Positions 49,392-59,030 of a stretch of DNA of 64,000 bases are shown in pieces. The position numbers and the translations under genes are program-made. This DNA is from Terriglobia bacterium (GTDB taxonomy: Bacteria > Acidobacteriota > Terriglobia > Acidiferrales > UBA7541): contig OY968796.1 in the NCBI GenBank assembly GCA_963695545.1, forward strand, positions 960,001-1,024,000, in the 5' to 3' direction. Numbering within the stretch: position 1 is the first letter of the stretch; each line of letters begins with the position of its first letter. The notes beneath the pieces were generated by a model. That model did not search any database. It had not been told where the DNA came from and saw nothing but the letters and a program-made list of their open reading frames with translations.

Positions 49392-50951
49392 ATGGGTTTG
49401 AAGGAATTCCTCACGAGGCTAGGATTCACCGAGCATCCGTTTCAGTTTACGAATGCGGACGAAGAGGAACATCTACAGTCTTATTTCGTGCCGCCTCCCT
49501 ATTTTGTCTCGATCTGGGGCGACCCGAAATCTCCCAAGTCACAGGTTATCTTCGCGCCGCGCGGGGGCGGAAAGACTGCACAGCGAAGGATGATCGAATA
49601 CAAGTCGGAAAAAGCTAACGTCTTTGTCATAACGTATGATCGATTTGAGAAATTGAGTGAAGTGGAGCTCGAAACGCTGAGCGTCGATTATCATCTCAGA
49701 AATATCATCGAGAAGGGACTGCTCGGCTTCCTATTGGAGCTTCATGCAAGGGGTCTTCAAGGCCCTTCCTTCAGCAACGCAGAACGCGACCAAATAGATC
49801 ATTTATGCGACCACTACTTGTCGCGAATAACCAGATTGGAGGCCATAGAGGCCCTTAGCTCCCTGAAAACGCTCTCCGCCGGGGCGAAACAGTTTCTCCG
49901 CGAGTGGTCCGGTCCGCTGAACTCACTCTTCTCCGCGGCGCTCGCTGCGAAGGGTGTCCCGTTTACGAAGTTGAGTCTCGGCGGGGCGCCGGTTCAGCAT
50001 GACTCCCTCGGGGGGTCGCTTAAGGCACATTTCGAGCCCGTGCGCGATCTGCTTCTGAGCGTCGGATTCGAGTCCATATATGTCCTTGTCGACAAGGTTG
50101 ATGAGACGGCAGAGACCGGAAACAATGCGGGAGCGTCATTTAACTTGGTTAAGCCGCTGCTTAGAGACTTGGAATTGCTCCAAATACGTAAAGTCGCTTT
50201 TACGTTCTTCCTGTGGGATCTTCTCCTCGCGAGATATCAGGAGTACGCCCGTCCGGATAGGCTCGAGCAGTTCGAGCTGTCCTGGGGCGAGGCTGACCTA
50301 AATAAAATGCTTTCCCGACGGCTAGAGGCGTTCAGTCAGGGGAGGGTAGAGGATCTCAGCCAATTAACGGACGCGGAGCTCGCAAATTCCCTGCACTTCC
50401 TCGTCGTACTTTTCGCCGCTGGTTCACCAAGAGATATGATCCGCATCTGCCAGGAAATTCTTGCTGAGCAACTGCAGATCAATCCGGATTCGACTAACAT
50501 CGAAATCGACGCCATACTGCAAGGGATTTCGAAGTTTTGCACCCGTCGGGCCCTTGAAATCCTGTCGCCCCAAATCTACAAGGAACTCGTCAAGGTGAGC
50601 CGCCTCGATTTCACCGCGACCTATATTGCGAACGAGGTTTTTAAATTCGACGTGAATTCGGGCCGAAACAAGATTCGGAATTGGACTGAGGCTGGTGCAG
50701 TTGAAAAAGTTGGTGAGCTGGATTCAGGTGGTCACCCTATCTACCACTACGCTGTGCGTGACGTCAGGGTTGCTAAGGCGATTGCCTCGCAGCTCGATTT
50801 GCGGGAATTCATGAAGCATAAGCTGCGTAGATGCACGCGTTGCAAGGCCGTCATGATTCGCGACTGGGATATCGGGCTGGCTCCAACTCAGACCTGTCAC
50901 AGCTGTGGAATGGAATGGGAAACAAAAGTCCTGCAGGCCAGCCAGGAATGA
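49392..50951 (+). CDS. STAND-like P-loop ATPase with C-terminal wHTH-like region and Zn-ribbon
   Basis: GGAGGG RBS, Walker A APRGGGKT, Walker B IYVLVDKVDE, GSPRD helical-domain motif and terminal CTRC...CHSC; atypical codon usage. Confidence 0.8.
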   Translation: MGLKEFLTRLGFTEHPFQFTNADEEEHLQSYFVPPPYFVSIWGDPKSPKSQVIFAPRGGGKTAQRRMIEYKSEKANVFVITYDRFEKLSEVELETLSVDYHLRNIIEKGLLGFLLELHARGLQGPSFSNAERDQIDHLCDHYLSRITRLEAIEALSSLKTLSAGAKQFLREWSGPLNSLFSAALAAKGVPFTKLSLGGAPVQHDSLGGSLKAHFEPVRDLLLSVGFESIYVLVDKVDETAETGNNAGASFNLVKPLLRDLELLQIRKVAFTFFLWDLLLARYQEYARPDRLEQFELSWGEADLNKMLSRRLEAFSQGRVEDLSQLTDAELANSLHFLVVLFAAGSPRDMIRICQEILAEQLQINPDSTNIEIDAILQGISKFCTRRALEILSPQIYKELVKVSRLDFTATYIANEVFKFDVNSGRNKIRNWTEAGAVEKVGELDSGGHPIYHYAVRDVRVAKAIASQLDLREFMKHKLRRCTRCKAVMIRDWDIGLAPTQTCHSCGMEWETKVLQASQE

Positions 50952-51108
50952 GAAGTCAAGCTCTCGCGATGCCAAAATCTAGCTCTTGTTGCCCGCGCGT
51001 TGGCGGCGCCAACGCTCGGCCATGTCGTCCGGATCGGTCGAGACGAGGCATCGCGCGAGAGCCGGGGCATCTTGTCTCGGAGAATGGCGCCGCTACGATC
51101 CGAGACTT

Positions 51109-51135
51109 CGCCAACCGGGAGATTGGCGTTCCCAG
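51109..51135. repeat. REP-like hairpin CGCCAA-CCGGGAGA-TTGGCG-TTCCCAG
   Basis: 6-bp stem with a conserved-looking tail in the intergenic region after the ATPase. Confidence 0.5.
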
Positions 51136-51366
51136 GGACGAGCAAAGAATGCCTCTGGGCAAGGCGCGGCGCGAGGGGTTCTTTTCTCGCGCCCACGCGT
51201 TACGAAGGTTTGCCGGCACGGGAAGCGAACAGCGTTAAGGGCGCAGATGGAGGCCTGAAGGCCTCCGTTATAGAGGACGATTCAACGGGAAAGTCGTAGG
51301 CGGCGGAAAGATTCCCTCCGCGGCGCATTGGGAAATGCGTGCGGCGGTGAAAAGAGCGCGACGCGT

Positions 51367-51888
51367 TTAGCCGGCGTGTTGATGGCCGAGAGAAATTCGC
51401 TTTCCCACGATGAAGAGTAACCCGATTCCGATCAGCATCAGGATGACGGTGGCGGGCTCGGGGGTTTCGGTCACCGTGAGCGTCTCGGTTTGGGTCTCGT
51501 ATGTCGCGGTGTACATCCCGGCTGAGAGGAAATCCGCAGTGGGAAACTGATCTCCAGCGGTGTCGGTGATGCTGCATGTGGGGTAATTGTAATCGGTGAG
51601 GATCCCACCGGTCGCTCCATCAATCTCAACCTGGGTGATCGAGCATCCCGGACGGCCAGTGACGCTGTCTGCTGACAGGTCGCTGACGGGAATGAAATCG
51701 TTCGTGGTCACCCCGGGAATGGAATCCGTGGTCCATGAGATCACTTCATTGCCGTTGGTGTAGGTGTACGCGTATGTGAAGTCGTCTGCCCGGGAAAACG
51801 CGGGCATCAGAAGAAGCAGGCCCAGCACCAAAATCCCTGCGCTGTAGCGATTGAAGACCAGGCGCTTGAGGCTCGAAGATGATTGCAT
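51367..51888 (-). CDS. PEP-CTERM sorting-domain surface protein
   Basis: Signal peptide (AFSRA/DD), Thr/Asp-rich body, and C-terminal TPEPAT + TM helix + basic residues; GGGGAG RBS. Confidence 0.9.
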   Translation of the reverse strand: MQSSSSLKRLVFNRYSAGILVLGLLLLMPAFSRADDFTYAYTYTNGNEVISWTTDSIPGVTTNDFIPVSDLSADSVTGRPGCSITQVEIDGATGGILTDYNYPTCSITDTAGDQFPTADFLSAGMYTATYETQTETLTVTETPEPATVILMLIGIGLLFIVGKRISLGHQHAG

Positions 51889-52257
51889 AATCTTAAACTC
51901 CCCTAGTCACGGCGATGGCGCATTAGCGCTCGCTGGTGTGCATACGGGCACGTTTGCAGCCGTTCCCACAATGCTTATTCTGAAGGACTTACCTCTCAAT
52001 CGACCGTATACAGTGAAAATAAATGCACACTGTTAGCAACGCTTTTCGCACATCCTTTGAATGGGCGGGGCGACCCACAGCAACCGAATAGCTTCGGGGG
52101 GCGCCATAATCGGCGGGCATTTGGGAGCACGTAAGACGCACGATAGGGTGTAAGGGCGAAGTCGGCGAAGAGGTCCCTTCCGCCATTGGCCATTGCGGAC
52201 TCGCGATGACCGCCTTCAAGACGAAGGCAATAGCGGCGCCAAGGCGGACGTCGATCG

Positions 52258-53340
52258 TTAGTTTTTATTGGCGGCGGGTTGGCGGAAGGAACGCTCGACG
52301 ATGTCATTGGGGTCGGTCGAGACGGGAGCGTCGCGCCAGAGCCAGCGCATCATATCGGGGAGAATGGCGCCGCCAAATTTTTGGCCGTGGAGATTGATGC
52401 CCCAGGCGTAATTCACGTCGTAGCCCTTCGCGGTGAGAGCCTTCATCAGGCGCACATTCTGATAGAACCAATCCCTCTTCTGATCATAGCTGCCGTCGGG
52501 GCGGAATCCGCGATTATCGTTGCGGCCATCGCAGAGAAAAACGCGGATGGGCTTTTTGTCGCTGGCGAGGACGCGATCGGGATAGACGTAGCCGCCTTCG
52601 ATATCCACAAAGCTGCCGACGTTGCTCAACACTTTGCGGAAATCGTTGGGGCGCTCCCAGGCGACGGCGAAAGCGGCGATGGCGCCGGAGCTTGATCCGC
52701 CGATGCCGTGCATGTCCGGGTCTTTCGAGATGTTGTATTCCTTGTAGAGCACGGGCATGAGCTCTTCGGTGATCACGCGGGCGTATTTATCGTCGGGCGT
52801 GTTGTATTCGATCCGGCGATTTGTGGAGTGATCGCCCCAGTCCTGCGGAGTGGGCTCGGGCTGCTGGGGCGTGCGGCCGGGATCGATGAACACGCCGATC
52901 ATCACGGGAATTTCGTGGCGGTAGATCAGATTGTCCATCGCGTTTTGCGCGCGAAGATCGCCATCGGGATCTTTGAAGGCCTGGCCGTCTTGAAAAATCA
53001 TCAGGGCGACGGGAACGGCGGGGTCGTACTGCGCGGGGACGTAGATCCAATAGGTGTGCTGAGTGCCGGGGAAGACTTGGCTGGGCAGGACGTATGGCCC
53101 GCGGATTTCGCCTTTGGGAACGTCGTCTTGCGGCATGGAATCGGGGCCCAGGCGATATTGTGAATTTGGATTTGGACCGGGCGGATAGGTTGCGGGGAAG
53201 GCCTGCGGGGGCGCTTGCTGCGCCGGAGGTTGTTGCGCGGCGGGTGGCTGGGACGCGGGCGTCTGCGCGATGGCGATCGCGGACGCGCAGGCGATGGCCA
53301 GAATTGCGATGGATGCGGCGGTCTTCGTTATTTTTCTCAT
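52258..53340 (-). CDS. Secreted esterase (enterochelin-esterase-like alpha/beta hydrolase)
   Basis: Signal peptide, Pro/Gln linker, [20 protein letters not shown] nucleophile elbow and VGSFV. Confidence 0.85.
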   Translation of the reverse strand: MRKITKTAASIAILAIACASAIAIAQTPASQPPAAQQPPAQQAPPQAFPATYPPGPNPNSQYRLGPDSMPQDDVPKGEIRGPYVLPSQVFPGTQHTYWIYVPAQYDPAVPVALMIFQDGQAFKDPDGDLRAQNAMDNLIYRHEIPVMIGVFIDPGRTPQQPEPTPQDWGDHSTNRRIEYNTPDDKYARVITEELMPVLYKEYNISKDPDMHGIGGSSSGAIAAFAVAWERPNDFRKVLSNVGSFVDIEGGYVYPDRVLASDKKPIRVFLCDGRNDNRGFRPDGSYDQKRDWFYQNVRLMKALTAKGYDVNYAWGINLHGQKFGGAILPDMMRWLWRDAPVSTDPNDIVERSFRQPAANKN

Positions 53341-53473
53341 GAACTTGCTCTCCGTGTTTCTCGGTATGCGGGCGCGACGCGGCGCTCGGCGACTATAGCG
53401 TTCTAGACGGAATCCGCACATGCTGAGTTACGGCGTTGTGACTTCATGTGGATTTCTTGTATCGTGCTGGGTG

Positions 53474-54418
53474 ATGAGAAGACTGCGCGTATGCGTTCGA
53501 TTGGGGCTGGTTGCGGCGCTGGTGATGGCAAGCGCGGCGGCGGGCGCACTGCCGGCGCTTGGCTCGCTGCACGATGCGTTCGATTCGGCGCAGGCGTATG
53601 CGTATACCGCGGAAATTGCCGGCCTGGGGGAACGCTGGCCGGGGTCGCCGGGACATGCGAAGACCGAGGAGATCATTCATCAGGTTTTGCAGCGCGACGG
53701 AGCGCAGATCGAGGCGGACGATTTCGTGGCGCGGACGCCGCGCGGTCCGGTGAACGTGCACAACATCATCGGAAAATTCAACGTGAGCGGCGATCCGAAG
53801 CAGCCGATTTTTATTCTGGCGGGACATTACGACACGCTATTCAAGCCGGGATTTATCGGCGCGAATGACGGCGGATCGAGCACGGCGATTCTGCTGGAGT
53901 TTGCGGACGCGCTGGCGCATCAGAAGACCAACATGCAGATCTGGCTGGTGTGGACGGACCTGGAAGAGGCTGTGGTGGCGTTCACGGGCGATGACGGTCT
54001 TTATGGGAGCCGGCATCTGGCGCACAAGCTCGCGGCGGAGGGGCTGGTGCCGCGGATTCGCGGATTATTTTTGCTGGACATGATCGGAGACAAGGACTTG
54101 AACGTGGCGCGGGAGGATGGTTCGAGCCGGACGCTGCAGGATTTTATCGCACGGGCCGCGACGGACCTCGGGTACAGCGGCTATTTTTTTCAGTACGACG
54201 TGAGCATCATTGACGATCATGTTTCGTTCATCCGCGTGGGGATTCCGGCGGTGGACGTGGTGGATGCGCAGTTTGGTCCGATGAGCGCGGGAAACGACGG
54301 GATGGGGGCGTATCACCACACGAACGCCGACACGTTGGACAAAGTTTCGCAGCAGAGTTTGGAAATCGTGGGGCGGACGATTTTGCTGACGGTGGAATTG
54401 ATCGACGCGCAGCGGTGA
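53474..54418 (+). CDS. M28-family metallopeptidase / glutaminyl-cyclase-like protein
   Basis: AGHYDT, GANDGGSS, DLEEA, LLDMIG, IDDH and YHHT; signal peptide. Start may be 53420. Confidence 0.88.
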   Translation: MRRLRVCVRLGLVAALVMASAAAGALPALGSLHDAFDSAQAYAYTAEIAGLGERWPGSPGHAKTEEIIHQVLQRDGAQIEADDFVARTPRGPVNVHNIIGKFNVSGDPKQPIFILAGHYDTLFKPGFIGANDGGSSTAILLEFADALAHQKTNMQIWLVWTDLEEAVVAFTGDDGLYGSRHLAHKLAAEGLVPRIRGLFLLDMIGDKDLNVAREDGSSRTLQDFIARAATDLGYSGYFFQYDVSIIDDHVSFIRVGIPAVDVVDAQFGPMSAGNDGMGAYHHTNADTLDKVSQQSLEIVGRTILLTVELIDAQR

Positions 54419-54600
54419 GGCGGCGCGGCGGGCGGGAAGCGCTGAAACACGCTCCGGTTGCGGGGGTGGGAGGCGGCTGTTAAAATTTGTGGGAAGGTTG
54501 TCGGCGCACGAAGGGCCGCGCTCGAGCGAACGCGGGCTCATCTCGGAACACAGCCCCCGCCCGGCACATAGCGGCTGTTCACCTGCCGCGGAGGAAGCTC

Positions 54601-55998
54601 TTGCCCAAATACGACTTAGCGATTATCGGAAGCGGTCCGGGAGGATATCAGACCGCGATCCGCGCCTCGGAATGGGGACTTAAGACCGTTGTGATCGAGA
54701 AGGACCCGTTTCTGGGCGGAACGTGCCTGCACGTCGGCTGCATTCCCACCAAGGTGCTGCTGCACACCGCGGAAATTCTGGATAATTTTCGGAGGGCCAA
54801 GGAATTCGGGATCGAGGCCAAGGACTTCAAGCTCGATTGGGCCGGAGTGTTGGCGCGAAAGACGAGCGTGGTGGATCGTCACGCGAAGGGAATCGAATTT
54901 CTTTTTCGCAAGAATAAAGTGGACAAGATCGTAGGCTGGGGGCGCTGGGCGGGGCCGGGCAAGGTCTCGATCGATAGCGGCGACGAGAAAACGGAGATCG
55001 AGGCCACGCACATTATTGTGGCGACGGGTTCGGAGGCGCGCACGCTGCCGGGGATGGAATTCGACGGGAAGATCGTGCTGAGCAATCGCGAGATTCTTGC
55101 GCTGCCGGCGGTGCCGAAATCGCTGGTGATCGTGGGCGCGGGGGCAGTGGGCGTGGAGTTCGCGTCGATATTCAATTCGTTTGGGAGCGAGGTCACGCTG
55201 ATCGAGGCGTTGCCGCGGATTGTGCCGCTGGAGGACGAGGAGATTTCGCCGGAGCTGGAGAAGGCGTTCCGCAGGAGAGGCATCAAGATTTTTACGGGCG
55301 CGAAGGTGGACGGACTGAAGAAAACGGCCAAGGGCGCAACGGTGACGTTCAAGGATAAGGATGGGGCGGCGCAGAGCATCGCGGCTGAAAAGGTGCTTAT
55401 CGCGGTGGGGCGCGCGCCGCGCACGGAGGGTGTGGGTCTGGAGAAATCGAAGGCCAAGCTCGAACGCGGATACGTGCAGGTTGGTCCTTATATGGAGACG
55501 GCCGAGCCGCGGCTTTACGCGATCGGAGACATCGTGGCGGGGATGCCGCAACTGGCGCACGCGGCGTCGATGGAGGGAATCACCTGCGTCGCGAAGATCA
55601 CCGGGAAACAGGTGCCGCCCCTTGAGCGCCGGCACATTCCGGCGGCGACTTACTGCGAGCCGCAAATCGGATCGGTGGGACTGACGGAAAAAGCGGCGCG
55701 AGACGCTGGATACAAAGTGAAAACCGGGAAATTTCCGTTCGTGGGCAACAGCAAGGCGACGATTTTGGGTCAGCATGAAGGATTCATCAAGGTGGTGAGC
55801 GACGAGGAGAACGGCGAAGTGCTCGGTGTGCACGCGATCGGGCCGCAAGCGACGGAGATTCTGGCCGAGCCCACGACGGCGATTCAGCTCGAGGCCACGA
55901 TCGACGACATGTTGTTCACGGTGCACGCGCATCCGACGGTGTGGGAGGCGATGGGCGATGCTTTCGCGGCCGTGCGCGGTCTGAGCATCAACGTGTAG
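54601..55998 (+). CDS. lpdA: Dihydrolipoyl dehydrogenase (E3)
   Basis: GSGPGGY, GGTCLHVGCIPTK, GAGAVGVE, YAIGD and HAHPT; GGAGG RBS before TTG 54601. Confidence 0.96.
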   Translation: MPKYDLAIIGSGPGGYQTAIRASEWGLKTVVIEKDPFLGGTCLHVGCIPTKVLLHTAEILDNFRRAKEFGIEAKDFKLDWAGVLARKTSVVDRHAKGIEFLFRKNKVDKIVGWGRWAGPGKVSIDSGDEKTEIEATHIIVATGSEARTLPGMEFDGKIVLSNREILALPAVPKSLVIVGAGAVGVEFASIFNSFGSEVTLIEALPRIVPLEDEEISPELEKAFRRRGIKIFTGAKVDGLKKTAKGATVTFKDKDGAAQSIAAEKVLIAVGRAPRTEGVGLEKSKAKLERGYVQVGPYMETAEPRLYAIGDIVAGMPQLAHAASMEGITCVAKITGKQVPPLERRHIPAATYCEPQIGSVGLTEKAARDAGYKVKTGKFPFVGNSKATILGQHEGFIKVVSDEENGEVLGVHAIGPQATEILAEPTTAIQLEATIDDMLFTVHAHPTVWEAMGDAFAAVRGLSINV

Positions 55999-56041
55999 GC
56001 AGAATCCGGAGCCCGCATCCGCTGGACTCGAATTGAATTCG

Positions 56042-56800
56042 ATGAAAACCTGTTTGGTTGCAAATTTGGGATTGGTGGAATACGGGGCCGCTCGCGAGAT
56101 CGAGCGGCGGCTGGTGGCGGCGCGCAAGGCCGGCGCTGTGCCGGACGTGCTGCTGCTGTGCGAGCATCCGCAGGTGATTACGCAGGGCCGCGCGGGGCGG
56201 CGGCAGAATCTGCTGGCGTCGGAGCGCGTGCTGGCGCAGATGGGCGTGAGCTATTTCGATACGGATCGAGGCGGCGACATTACGTATCACGGGCCGGGGC
56301 AACTGGTGGCGTATCCGATCGTGCAGCTGGGCGAGATCCGGCGCGACGTCGGATGGTATGTGCGGCAGCTGGAAGAGGCCATGATTCGCACGAGCGCGGA
56401 TTTTGGCGTGTCGAGCACGCGCGTGAAGTGCATGACGGGCGTGTGGGCGGCGGCGCGGGGCGCGCGCGACGGAATGGCTGAAGAAACATTTGAAAAACTG
56501 GGGGCGATCGGCGTGCATATCAGCCGCTGGGTGACGTCGCACGGGTTGGCTTACAACGTGGCGACCGATTTGCGGTATTTCGATTTGATCGTGCCGTGCG
56601 GACTCGCGGGGCGGCGGCCGACGTCGCTCGAGAAGCTGCTCGATCGCGCGGTTGGGGTGGCGGAGGTTGCGCCGCGCATGGCGCAGCACTTGGGCGAAGC
56701 GCTGGGGCTCGAGATGCGGGAGGCTGCGGCTTCGGAGATTGAGCGGCTTCTATTGGATTACGAATCTTCAATTGAAATTCCCGCGCCGGCTGTGGTCTGA
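56042..56800 (+). CDS. lipB: Lipoyl(octanoyl) transferase
   Basis: EHP, DRGGDITYHGPGQLVAYP, KLGAIG, SHGLAYN and IVPCG. Confidence 0.95.
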   Translation: MKTCLVANLGLVEYGAAREIERRLVAARKAGAVPDVLLLCEHPQVITQGRAGRRQNLLASERVLAQMGVSYFDTDRGGDITYHGPGQLVAYPIVQLGEIRRDVGWYVRQLEEAMIRTSADFGVSSTRVKCMTGVWAAARGARDGMAEETFEKLGAIGVHISRWVTSHGLAYNVATDLRYFDLIVPCGLAGRRPTSLEKLLDRAVGVAEVAPRMAQHLGEALGLEMREAAASEIERLLLDYESSIEIPAPAVV

Positions 56801-56816
56801 GGCGCTCCACACTCAA

Positions 56817-58016
56817 ATGGAACTGACGCTTACGCGCGAGCAGCAGCTGGAGCTTTGCTACTTCATGCGGCTGAACCGCGCGCTTGAGGAACGGCTCGAG
56901 CGTTTGGTGCGGCAGAATCAAGTTGTCGGCGGCCTCTACCGCAGCTTGGGGCAAGAGGCGACTTCGGTTGGTTCCGCTTACGCGCTGGAACCGGGCGATT
57001 GGATTGCGCCGATGGTGCGCAATATCGGATCGCTGCTGGTGCGCGGGTTCAAGCCGCGGGACATCCTGACGCAAAACATGGGGCGCGCGAATTCTCCTAC
57101 GCACGGACGAGACAGCGCGAGCCACTTCGGAGACCTGGGCGCGCGGCACGTGGTCTCGCCGATCTCCATGCTGGGCGATTTGATTCCGGTGATGACCGGC
57201 GTGGCGATGGGCGCGCGCGTGTTGGGGCAGAAGCGCGTGGCCATGACCTGGATCGGCGACGGCGGGAGCTCGACGGGCGCGTTTCACGAGGGATTGAATT
57301 TCGCCGCGGTGCAGCGCGCGCCGCTGGTGCTGGTGCTCGAGAACAATCAGTGGGCATATGCAACGCCGGTCGCGCGGCAGGCGCGGCTGCGCGATTTGGC
57401 CGATCGCGCACGGGCCTACGGCATCGAGAGCACGATTGTGGACGGCAACGACGTCGTGGCTGTGTATCGCGCGGCGAAGCAGGCGGCCGATCGCGCGCGC
57501 GCGGGGCATGGACCGGTGCTGATCGAAGCCAAGACCATGCGCATGCGCGGGCACGCGCAGCACGACCCGGCCGAATACGTGCCGAAGAAAATGCTCGAGT
57601 ACTGGAAGGCGCGCGATCCGATTGCGCGCTATGAGCGCGTGCTGGCGTCGAGCGGCGTTTTGACCGAGCGCGTGAAGAGCGCGCTCGATGCGCGGATCGA
57701 GCGCGAACTGGCGGACGATGTAGCGTTCGCGGAAGCCTCGCCGATGCCGTCGGCGGAAGAGGTGAATGCGGTCGCCGACGGCGTTTATTGCGAGGGATGC
57801 CACGAAATTGCGCCGGATTGGCAGCGGCCCAAGGACGAATTGCTGCCGCCGAAATCGAAGGTCGAGGCGCGCTGGACGGTATCGGATTTCGGCGCGTTCG
57901 AGGAGCACGGCGCGCCGAGGTCGGTTGACGCGAAACGCGCGGCGGCCAAAAGAGCGCCGCATGCGAAAGCCGCGAAAATAACGAAGGCCGCAAAAGTTCG
58001 CAGGGCGCGCGGTTAG
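56817..58016 (+). CDS. 2-oxoacid dehydrogenase E1 alpha subunit (TPP-dependent; probably branched-chain type)
   Basis: GQEA, GDG..STGAFHEGLNFA...NN TPP motif, VDGND and RMRGH..HD; C-terminal extension. Confidence 0.92.
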   Translation: MELTLTREQQLELCYFMRLNRALEERLERLVRQNQVVGGLYRSLGQEATSVGSAYALEPGDWIAPMVRNIGSLLVRGFKPRDILTQNMGRANSPTHGRDSASHFGDLGARHVVSPISMLGDLIPVMTGVAMGARVLGQKRVAMTWIGDGGSSTGAFHEGLNFAAVQRAPLVLVLENNQWAYATPVARQARLRDLADRARAYGIESTIVDGNDVVAVYRAAKQAADRARAGHGPVLIEAKTMRMRGHAQHDPAEYVPKKMLEYWKARDPIARYERVLASSGVLTERVKSALDARIERELADDVAFAEASPMPSAEEVNAVADGVYCEGCHEIAPDWQRPKDELLPPKSKVEARWTVSDFGAFEEHGAPRSVDAKRAAAKRAPHAKAAKITKAAKVRRARG

Positions 58017-58018
58017 CC

Positions 58019-58993
58019 ATGGCCGAGACCACTTATCTTGAAGCCATTCGGCAGGCGCTCGATGAAGAGATGGGGCGCGACGCGTCCATTGTGCTGTTGG
58101 GCGAGGACGTCGGCGTGTACGGCGGGGCGTTCGGCGCGACGCAGGGATTGCTCGCGCGTTACGGTTGGGAGCGCGTGGTGGACACGCCGATCAGCGAGAC
58201 GGCCATCGTGGGCGCGGCGATCGGAATGTCGTACACCGGCTTGCGGCCCGTCGCTGAGATGCAATTCATGGACTTCATCGCCTGCTGCTTCAACCAGCTC
58301 ACGAATTTCGCGGCCAAGTCGCATTATCGCTGGGGCGCGCCGGTGCCCATCGTGGTGCGCGGACCCTCGGGCGGCGGCGTGCACGGCGGGCCGTTTCATT
58401 CGGCGAATCCGGAAATGTATTTCGTGCACACGCCGGGACTGAAAGTGGTTTGCCCGGCGACGGCGTATGATGCCAAGGGGCTGCTGAAATCGGCGATTCG
58501 CGACAACAATCCGGTGCTTTTTTTCGAGCACAAATTTTTGTACCGGCGCATTAAGGAAGATTTGCCGGCGGAGGATTACTCCGTGCCGCTGGGCAAGGCC
58601 GTGGTGCGGCGCGAAGGCGATGATTTGACGATTGTGAGTTACGCCGCCATGCTGCATGCTTCTCTCGAGGCCGCCACGGTGCTTGCGGCCGAAGGGATCG
58701 AGGCCGAGGTGGTGGACCTGCGCACGCTTCTGCCGCTCGATAGCGAAACGATTTTGGCCTCGGTGCGCAAGACCAATCGGCTGCTGGTGGTGCACGAAGA
58801 CACGCGCACGGGCGGCATCGCGGGAGAGGTTGCCGCGATGGTGTGCGGCGAAGCGTTCGACGATCTGGACGGTCCCATCGTGCGCGTGACCGCGCCCGAT
58901 GCGCCGGTGCCGTCGTCGCCGCCGCTCGAGGAACGATTTTTGCCCAACGCCGCGGGCATCGCGGATGCCGCGCGCCGTTTGGCGCTCGCTTAG
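58019..58993 (+). CDS. 2-oxoacid dehydrogenase E1 beta subunit
   Basis: GEDVG..GG.F, DTPISE, AEMQFMDF, GGPFHS, DAKGLL and DLRTL.PLD. Confidence 0.95.
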   Translation: MAETTYLEAIRQALDEEMGRDASIVLLGEDVGVYGGAFGATQGLLARYGWERVVDTPISETAIVGAAIGMSYTGLRPVAEMQFMDFIACCFNQLTNFAAKSHYRWGAPVPIVVRGPSGGGVHGGPFHSANPEMYFVHTPGLKVVCPATAYDAKGLLKSAIRDNNPVLFFEHKFLYRRIKEDLPAEDYSVPLGKAVVRREGDDLTIVSYAAMLHASLEAATVLAAEGIEAEVVDLRTLLPLDSETILASVRKTNRLLVVHEDTRTGGIAGEVAAMVCGEAFDDLDGPIVRVTAPDAPVPSSPPLEERFLPNAAGIADAARRLALA

Positions 58994-59030
58994 GGAACGA
59001 AGCATCAGGACGAGTCGACAGGAGACGCAC

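Noticed and set aside
51889..52030. Sigma54 promoter upstream of the PEP-CTERM gene
   Set aside because: No GG-N10-GC with correct spacing was found. Only a weak GGAAC-N16-GTAT ECF-like pattern, too weak to call.
54616..57962. Long - strand ORFs opposite lpdA and E1 alpha
   Set aside because: Antisense shadows of well-supported + strand genes.
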